From Octopus vulgaris (taxonomy: Eukaryota): 64,000 bases of DNA. This document shows positions 54,659 through 64,000 of the stretch, piece by piece. Each line of letters begins with the position of its first letter. Position 1 is the first letter of the stretch. The notes under the pieces were generated by a model that saw nothing but the letters and a program-made list of their open reading frames with translations, was not told where the DNA came from and made no database searches. Made by a program: the position numbers and the translations under genes. The DNA lies in the NCBI GenBank assembly GCA_951406725.2, contig OX597828.1, positions 6,758,001 to 6,822,000 on the forward strand. The letters are read 5' to 3'.

Positions 54659-56410
54659 TAGTTTTATTTTTATAGCATGCTTTCACTTCACTACCGAGCG
54701 CAGCTCTGTGTGCCTTGGGTATGTGCTGTGATTTGTTGTGATGCTCTGATGGTTATTGTATGGAAAGTGTTCTGCGTAGGATGTGTGCAGTGCCTAGTAG
54801 TGCAATTTTCTGTATGTTATATGTGTTTGTAAGTCCTGGTGTTTTTGTTATGTATTTGTCTGAATATTTTTTTATCATGCCTAATGCACCTACTATGATA
54901 GGAATTGTTTCTGTTTTCAGATTCCACATTCTAGTTACCTCTATTTCCAGGTCTTTGTATTTTGAGAGTCTCTCCATTTCTTTTAGAGACACGTTGTCAT
55001 CTGCCGGTATTGATACATCAATTAGAAAGCATTTTTTTTCTTCATGATATCTGACAACTATATCTGGTCTGTTGGCCTTAATTTCTCTATCTGTGTGTAT
55101 CGGCATATCCCAGAGTATGGTTGCTTTCTCGTTTTCTGTGATCTTTTCTGGTGTGTGCCTATACCATCTTTTTTCTGTTGTTATTCCATAATGTTGGCAT
55201 AGCTTCCAATGTATGTAGGTTCCAACTCTGTCATGTCTGTGAATATATTCCTTCTTAGCCAGGACTGGGCAGCTAGAGATAATATGATTTATTGTTTCTT
55301 GTCCATCTCCACATATTCTGCAGTTACTTGTTTCTTTTCATTACATGTTTTTGGTAATTTCTGGTGGGGAGGCTTTGGTCTTGTGCTGCAATTAAAAATC
55401 CCTCTGTTTCTGCTTTGAGTCCTGAGCTTCTCAACCATTGCTGGGATTTTTCTTTGTCTATTTCTTTTGCGTTTAGTTCAGTGCAGTATTTACCATGAAG
55501 GGGCTTTTCTTGCCATCGTTTTATCATGGTTCGTTGCTGTTCTATTTTTAGTTTGGATTTCATTTGTTTTATAGCTTTTGTTGTTTCTTCATCATCTTCT
55601 TCTTCTTCTTCTTCATGTTTATTAGGTGGTATGATTTCTTGTTTGTATTTGTCAGCTTCCTTAAATACTGAGAACAGTTTTTTGTTTTGCTCGTGTTTTG
55701 CCGCTATCTGGATCAGTTTTCCTTCCTTCTGAAGTAGATATTTTTGCAGTCCTATGGTGGTTATTTTATAGTAGTTTTCCAGCTGTATAAGGCCTCTACC
55801 ACCTTCTATACGTTGTATATATATAGTCTTTCTATGTCAGATTTTGGGTGATGCATCCTAGATCCTGTCATTATTTTTCTTGTTTTCCTATCTATTTTGG
55901 ACAGTTCATTTCGTGTCCAGTTAAGGATATTGTAGCTGTAACTTATAACTGGGACAGCTAAAGTGTTGATACCTATTATATTGTTTTTAGCATTGAGCTC
56001 TGTTTTTAGTATTGATCTAACTCGTCTATAATATTCTTTTTTTATTTTCTCTTTCATTTGTGTGTGTTGTGTCTTATCTAGTTCATGGATTCCTAAGTAT
56101 TTGTAAGTTTGGCTTTGGTCTAATTCATTTATTTCATTGGTTTTATCTAGTGTGATGTTGTTACTCTTAACTAGTTTTCCTCTTTTCATGGTTACTTTGG
56201 CGCATTTTTCTAATCCAAATTTCATATCTATTTCTTTGGTAAATCCATGAACTGTCTGTAATAGTGTTTCCAGCTGTTTGTCATTTGCAGCGTATAGTTT
56301 TAGGTCATCCATATATAAAAGGTGGCTGATCGTTTTGCCGTAGCATTTATATCCGCATCCAGTTCTATTTAGCATATCAGATAGAGGTGACAGTGCCAAG
56401 CAGAAAAGGA

Positions 56411-56411
<1 letters not shown>
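54656..56411 (-). mobile_element. R4/Dong-clade non-LTR retrotransposon, 5'-truncated, inserted in (TAA)n
   Basis: RT HLLYMDDLKLY, FGLEKCA, YKYLGI; AAQDQSLPTRNY; RHD; RLE ILWDMPIHTD..NRPDIV..IDVSIP..KYKDL. Pure (TTA)n on both flanks; frameshifts present. Confidence 0.93.
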
Positions 56412-56475
<64 letters not shown>

Positions 56476-56501
56476 CATCATTATTATCATCATTATTATT
56501 A

Positions 56502-56557
<56 letters not shown>

Positions 56558-56820
56558 CATTATTATTGATAGAATCGGTAAAACTTCGGAGAAGTTCTAT
56601 TGCTATATTAGTATATTCACTTTTTCATCTGACTCGAAATCTCTTTATAGTTTAGCTTTGACTCTCAATAAAATAAGCACCAGTTCAATACTGAAGTCCA
56701 CTTAAATGAGTCTCCCTCACTCAGAATCTTTGAACTTGTTCTGTGTAAGGAGCGAATATCACATGGTGGTTGTCATCGGTACAGTTGTTCTCGTCTTCGT
56801 GTATTCGAAGGCTTCAATGC

Positions 56821-57372
56821 ACAAAAGCCTTTGCTCCGTGATGTGAGTTAACGGCTACCTTTGCGAAACGTTTCGACCTCATGCTCGGTCCGCCAAGAGT
56901 ATTTTCTCTCGCCCATTTTTATGCATTAAATCTCGATCTGCTGCTGCAAAAAACTGAAACTGTTGAGAGAAATCTCAATCAAACTAGAACGTAGAAAGTG
57001 CGTTTCACCTTATGCTGTAGATGTGAAGGGGTCGGATTCAATGGATGCCTCGGTAAACATATGGGGATGAGCAAAACCGTAACTTGCTCAAATCTGTTGA
57101 TCTGCATGTTGGTAATAAGTGATGCAAATCTATGGCGTCGGCCAGAGTTGTAGGACGATGGACAGACAGGCTGGATAAGATGTTTAGGGTCTAGTTCAGT
57201 CCAGTCCTTCACGTGGAAAGAGACTGGGAATTGACTGAGAGACAGCCTGAATTGACTGAGAGACAAAAGCCTTTGCTCCGTGATGTGAGTTAACGGCTAC
57301 CTTTGCGAAACGTGGAAAGAGACTACCAGTCCTTCACGTGGAAAGAGACTGGGAATTGACTGAGAGACAGCC
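56821..57372. repeat. Interleaved short direct duplications
   Basis: 51-bp unit at 56821-56871 and 57263-57313; 47-bp unit at 57201-57247 and 57326-57372. Confidence 0.9.
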
Positions 57373-58396
57373 AGAGATGGAGCACGTATTCATCGCTCTT
57401 ATATGATGCTGCCTGACCGTCGTGCTTAGTCCCGAATTTTATCGAGCCAAAACATGGCACAGACATATGCAATTCTATTATTGCACAGACATATGCAATT
57501 CCATTAGGGACCGAAATAACTAAGAGTCACGAGACTTAAATAAAACATTCCAAAATTCAGTTGATTACCTATTGTTGACAAAGATTCATGCAAACTAAAC
57601 TATTCTCTTCATAATCTTGAGAAAGATTTAACTTTTTCTTTCCAGCAGGATAAGCGACCATGTAGAATGCCTTCCTATGTATACGTTTATAATTGATTTT
57701 TTTTTCTGATTGCATACACCTATGATACAAGGCATTCCAGCCTTGACTATTTCATCATCTCAGACACATCTCAAACTGTACTAAGTTATCCAATTTCTTA
57801 TATCTCTCTTATAGATACGGTAAGGTATGATTTTAGAGACAAGCTGCTTCTATTTCCAGCACGTTGAGTGATCTAGTTTCTATGGAAAATTAAAATAGAA
57901 TTTCAAGATATGTCTAAATTGGTTTATATGAAATATTTCGCCCTTTAAAACTCTCTAAAAAAATTCTTCAAATAATGGAAAAGAGAGGTTGTTTTATATT
58001 ATTGAAGGAATTATATGTTAAAACAGTTGAATTACTTGGGTATTATTGAATCTAAATCGAAATAAATTCCGTAGGCTTTTCTATGCCGTGTTTATTTCTG
58101 TTTGCTTTCTCGTCTGTTTTTATATAACTTCTTCCAGCTTATGGCAAGATTTACCTATCTTATACATACAAGCATTCAAAATGTGTGTGTGCGTGTGTAT
58201 GTGTGATTATGTGAATGTATGTTGTGTGTGTGTGTGTAGTATTTCTTTATACGCGTATATAAAATATAAAGAAATATAGTAATATGTTATATTAGAATAT
58301 AAAATCACAAATTCTCATAAAAAGCATGTAGCACTTCACGACTTTATTTGGCAATGCAGGAAACTCCCGATGGAGTAATACGTTTATATATATATA

Positions 58397-58544
58397 TATA
58401 AACAACTTATAAATAAGGGCAAAAGAAAAAATTTCTTATGCCAAATATGCCGAAACTAGACACATTGTCCATAACCATATTTGGTTAATGCCATATTTGG
58501 CATTAGAAATTTTTTCTTTTGCCCTTATTTATAAGTTGTTTATA
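58397..58544. repeat. Inverted repeat with 53-bp arms and 42-bp spacer, next to a TA tract
   Basis: tataaacaacttataaataagggcaaaag...ccaaatatg / catatttgg...cttttgcccttatttataagttgtttata, one mismatch. Confidence 0.9.
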
Positions 58545-59614
58545 AATTTAACCTTTAAAGGTATTTTTTAATATGCTGGTCATTGATAAAAAGTTTTTCG
58601 AAAAATTTTATCCTATATTAGATGTATATATATATATTGTTAAAGAAGACAACAATCGTTAAGGCAAGGCAAACATCTCAAGCCATATACATTGTTATTG
58701 GGGAAAAAATTCAGTCTTACAGCTGTTTCTGAGACACCCCAGTGTATGAGATATTCCGTCGTCGGAGACAAATAGGGAAAATGAGAAGGGCATAGATTAA
58801 TGAAATGGCGACATAGACGACAGGAGAAAGGGGAAACGGAGATGAAGAAAGAGAAGAAAAAAGATGCATAAATGTTCACAGTTCAACTTTCCAATTGAGT
58901 AGAAGTAAGTCCGTACGTCTTTAGGTGCAATCATGCATAAATCCATGTAGGATATTTACACTATCTGGACTTTAAATTTTTTCCCCGCCAATAATAATAA
59001 TGTATATGACATGAGATGTTTGCCTTGCCTCTTTAATAATTATATACTCGTTATATCGGAAATCTGCAATGGCTCCATAACTACCGTCTCGACTACAACC
59101 TTGGAGACCAAAAAATCCGTTACAACACTTACCTAGCGTACCCAGTCGTTTAGATCACCTGTGAATTAAATCCCATATTTTGTATGTGTATGTGTGTGTA
59201 TGTGTGTGTGAGTGTGTGTATGGCTAAAAAATGATATAAAAAAGCAAAATACAGAGACAGGTGAGGGTGCAAGAAACAAGATGTTACTTTCATGCGCAAG
59301 AAAAATGAAAGAAGACTGCCGTTTCGCGCCTGCGCTCTTCTTAAGAAAGGAATAAGGAAAGAAAACAGGTGGAGAGGGAAAAATGAAGAGGAAAATTCGT
59401 GTCTGGATTAGCGGTTGCACATATTGAATTGACCGGAAAGAAGTGAGTGATTGGAGACGTGGGTAGTAAGGAAGACAACTGACTTGACTACTGTGTGTGC
59501 CCTAGTATGTGTGCAAGGAAAATGTGTGAGAGTGTGCATGTATATGCTGTAGGGGCATAATAGTGTATTTGGTGTGGCTAATGAGTTAAACGATGTAGAG
59601 GTGTATGGGTGGCT

Positions 59615-59855
59615 GATACTTATTTTATTAGTGTCTTTCACTGAACCGCTAAGTGGAAGGGAAGTAAACAGACCAGCATTTGTTGCCAAGTGGTGGTGGG
59701 TTAGACAAACGCATATTCACACACATATATACAGTAGAGGCTTCCATATAGTTTCCGTCAAGCAAATCCACTGGCTATACATTACGGGCTTGAAACTATA
59801 GCAGAAAACACTTGTTCAGGGTGCAGCACAATGGGATTGAACTCGAAATCTGCAC
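59615..59855 (-). mobile_element. SINE family B, old and degenerate
   Basis: gaaccgctaagt..accagcatt..gtttccgtc..caaatccact. Confidence 0.65.
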
Positions 59856-59956
59856 CTATAAAAATTAATTACGTAAGTCTCCTCTTGTGTCGAGTTTTGA
59901 GATATGAATTCAATTTAACAAATATTTTTTACGTAGAGTACTTATTTTAAGTCATG

Positions 59957-60345
59957 ACCAGGAGTGGCTGTGTGGTAAGTAGCTTGCTACCAACCACATG
60001 GTTCCGGGTCCAGTCCCACTGCGTGGTACATTGGGCAAGTGTCTTCTACTATAGCCTCGGGCCAGACAAATCCTTGTGAGTGGATTTGGTAGACGGAAAC
60101 TGAAAGAAGCCCGTCGTATATATGTGTATATATATGTGTGTGTGTGTGTGTGTGTTTGTCCATCCCAACATTGAAAACCGATGCTGGTGTGTCTACGTCC
60201 TTGTAACTTAACGGTCCGGCAAAAGAGGCCGATAGAATAAGTACTGGACTTACAAAGAATAAGTCCTGGGTCGATTTACTCGACTAAAGGCTATACTCCA
60301 GCATGGCCGCAGTGAAATGACGGAAACAAGTAAAAGAGTAAAAGG
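59957..60345 (+). mobile_element. SINE family B
   Basis: Full-length match to the other family B copies. Confidence 0.9.
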
Positions 60346-60964
60346 GAATATAACTCAAGAGTTTACGGAAAAAAATGCTCTATTTTAAGTTTACTTTCAC
60401 CTGAGTTTGTTGTGTATTGTTTATGATGTACTTTTTGCTTTTGATGAATATTTGCGTTCGATGCTACGACAAATATGGCCAAAAGTTCTGCGATGATGTC
60501 TGTATGAACTGAGGAAATTTCATATTACCAAAACTAGTAAGTGTCTTCTTATAGATGCAGCTGTATTTATGCTGTGTAGAGGATTATACCATATGATTTT
60601 TATTTGCCTCTTTAGCAATTTTAATATAGTTTGTTCTGAAAATGTTACTTTACCTCGAATCTATTTTATGCTTAGTCTCTGGCTTCGTATAGAACAACAT
60701 TATTGAATATTCCTTTATCTGAGCTGGGGTTTTTTTTTTTTATAATTGTAGGCGGGTAGATGGAGTCTTTATTTTTATGCTATGTATAGTGTTACTTCAT
60801 GTAGCATGCGACGTGGGTAGCAACAAAAATAGAATCCAGTTTCTATTTACACTATGCACAACACAACATCATGATGTATTGAGTACTCGCATCCTCTTTC
60901 GTTGATAACCACAAGCATTTCAATATATACACACACATATATATATATAAACATAGATGTATCA

Positions 60965-61008
<44 letters not shown>

Positions 61009-61112
61009 ATATATATATATACAGAGAGAAGAGAGAGGTAGAGATATAGGCGTAGCGAAGTGTACATGCTAATAATGGTTGCATATTTGTGAGTGTGCGT
61101 GCGTGCGCGCGC

Positions 61113-61194
<82 letters not shown>

Positions 61195-61790
61195 GCATAC
61201 ATGCGTACATATATATAAGCATAAACACATATGTACGTATCCTGATAGGTACGGAGATTTGTGTGTGTATGTATGCACACGCACAAAAAGCGTGGTGCGT
61301 AGTGCGTGGGCATTTAGAGAAGAAATTATCTAACAGAGAGAGAGAGAGAGAGAGAGAGAAAGGCAGACATAGAGTGAGTGAGTGAGATATATATAGAGAG
61401 AGAATAGAAAAAATAAAGAGTACATTGTATAAAAATATATGTATGAGGGGGATATTAAAACCTATATCCACGGTATTCCCTACAGACTCCTTCGTATCTC
61501 AAATGGACACTCCCTACTTATAACATAGCCAAATAGCAAGATTAGGTTATTAAACGCAAATGATTGGTCGACTACACAGCAGATGTATTCCAGCTACGTA
61601 TCGGGATACTCTTGGGCACATACTAATTCCAGCGCTCTGCTGTCTTCACTAGACGCCAGAAGATTATTTATCACCATTCCAATACTTACAAGTATTAATC
61701 TTCTAGCTATTTTTTTTTAACGTTCCCATACGAATCTATAACTATGCAGATACATATAAAGATATGATATATATTTAGATATGCTATATG

Positions 61791-61843
<53 letters not shown>

Positions 61844-62162
61844 GATATCAACAAATGCATACAGATATACGTATATATTTGTGTTTATATGTGCGCATAA
61901 ATACACGTGTGTGTATGTGTGTGTGTGTGTGTATGCGAGTGTGTGTGTATGGGTGTATCATTGTGAATGTATGTTTATGCATACGGATGATAGCGAATTA
62001 TATGCATAGTACTGTTATGCTGCCTTTTTCTTTTTTTTTTAATGTCTGTTCGTTGTAGATAATCCACAATATCTATTTCTACATGAATACTTATGTCTGT
62101 TGAGCTGCATGATTATTCTTTCCGAAAATATTGCAATACTTACAGAAAAATGGATTATATCA

Positions 62163-62225
<63 letters not shown>

Positions 62226-62256
62226 TTCGCATGTGTGTGTATGAATCTGTTTATCT

Positions 62257-62388
<132 letters not shown>

Positions 62389-63259
62389 TCATCGTCGTCG
62401 TCATCATCATCATCATCATCATCATTATTATTATTATCATTACTATTATTATTGTTATTATTATTATTATTATTGTTACTGGTTTTAAAATCTGGAGGAA
62501 AATGTAGAGGCCATGACCTTTCCAAAACCGATGGACTTACACCTTTAACGTTTCGCTTTAAACTGCAATAAGTCAAGAATTGCTATAAACAAATGACAGG
62601 AAAGAAGGAAAGAAGGAAGGAAGGGACGAACGAACGAACGGCTTAGCAGTATTTGTTCCGTGGCCAGGTTGACTGGACACTGAATTAGAGAGAAAAAGAA
62701 ATAGAGACTCCTGTGTCCAGAGTTCCAGAATAGAGGAGATACGACTCCAGCAACCAGCACATCCCAGTGGCTGTTACCGTAATTGAATGAAAGCCAAAGA
62801 GAGAGAACGGCTTTTAAATGAACCAGAGTTTAGAGCACCTCTGCGAGTGACTTAACACCGATCGTTTATGTGACATTTTGCTGGATGAGGTCTTAAATGT
62901 TTTCCAGTATCTAGCAGCAACACTGTCAAATTTTAGGAGTACTCACAGCCCTGACTTTTGTAGGCAGATGGTAGATGTTGGCGGATGAACTATTTCTTGG
63001 GTCGAAAGAAAATCGCAAGTTTTCAGGTGTAGTCATAGTTCTTTTAAGAATAATCCTTCACCAAGAAACATTCTCCGTTATAATGAGGCCTGGAAGCATT
63101 GAAAACAATCATGAGAAGTCAAGTTTTAAGTGGGACAACCACTATGTTGTATTTTTTTATGTACCTACCATTGACTGCTCGAAGCTTTCTAACTTCCTAC
63201 ATTTAGATCCTCAGATCTAATTACACACACACATACACACACAAACACACACATATCAC

Positions 63260-63440
63260 ATATAAAATCCGTTCTGTCTGTCTGTGTGTGTGTGGCTTCT
63301 AGGATCTCGGGCATCCTCCATCTGATTGCACTCAAATTTGATATGTAGATACCGACGGTATCAGGGCGTGTATAAGTCTTGAAAAAATTACAAAAATCGA
63401 TTCCAGGTGAGAAAGACGTGGGAAATCGTTTTTCTTTGGA
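63260..63440 (+). mobile_element. Probable Helitron 5' fragment
   Basis: atataaaatccgttctgtctgtctg..catctgattgcactcaaatttga parallels the 5' part of 30577-30959; no clear 3' CTAG end. Confidence 0.45.
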
Positions 63441-64000
63441 ATAGAAAAAAAGTCTATCTTTATTTCTTCTTTTGCTGGTGTTTCAAATTTAGGTTAAATC
63501 AGTGTTTCTCAAAGGGGAGGCCTATGGGACGGTCGGACACGTTGTTTTGAGAAAATCTGGTTTAAATGTTTGACAACTCAGTACCGTCCATTGGACGGGG
63601 GACGTTTTGCTCGTATATCCTATATACACAAAGTATATCTGATATATATAAAATGTAGAAGCACACACTATCAGAGGTACTCACATAAATTAACGCATAA
63701 GCTTTTATTCCATAAACATTATCAGTATTTTTGCATAATATAATGAACAATTCTGGATCGCAAATTAATTGAGAACTCACTTTATGGAATTGATTGTGCG
63801 CCTTTCATTAATACTAATTATTACTAGGTTAACTAGATTTCAATGAAACATGCAAGTGGTTTAACTGTAGTACCGAGCAGTAACCTCAACAAATCAAAAC
63901 ATATTTCACTTATATATTTTCTCAAATACCTAATATATTTAACATTTCTAGTTTGTTTTCCCATATTTTTGTTTTTCATTCGTTACTGACACAGTAAAAT

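Overview
AT-rich, microsatellite-dense eukaryotic (animal) genomic DNA with no intact protein-coding gene that I can support. The tRNA-derived SINE set and the repeat landscape look like an Octopus (cephalopod) genome; this is an inference. Nearly all ORFs in the supplied track are translations of simple repeats. Recognisable content: a full-length but decayed Tc1 (DD34E, IR/DR) transposon; a DD37D mariner relic; mariner and hAT MITEs; a non-autonomous Helitron; three R4/Dong-type retrotransposon pieces sitting in (TAA)n tracts; an RTE LINE with a 5' inversion; three Penelope-like (GIY-YIG) ORF relics; and about 25 SINEs of four families. The main non-obvious signal is a set of short elements embedded in (TA)n tracts, each carrying a type I minimal hammerhead-ribozyme fold. 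One has a fully canonical core, others carry recurring U4C or A6U core variants, and one pair sits in a spacer-less palindrome of about 196 bp. Together with the Penelope relics this suggests a microsatellite-associated Penelope/hammerhead (retrozyme-like) system. Also noted: a fixed SINE-into-SINE junction seen at four loci, three promoter-like motif clusters (one with an RFX X-box), and candidate minus-strand exons. All folds and translations were done by eye.
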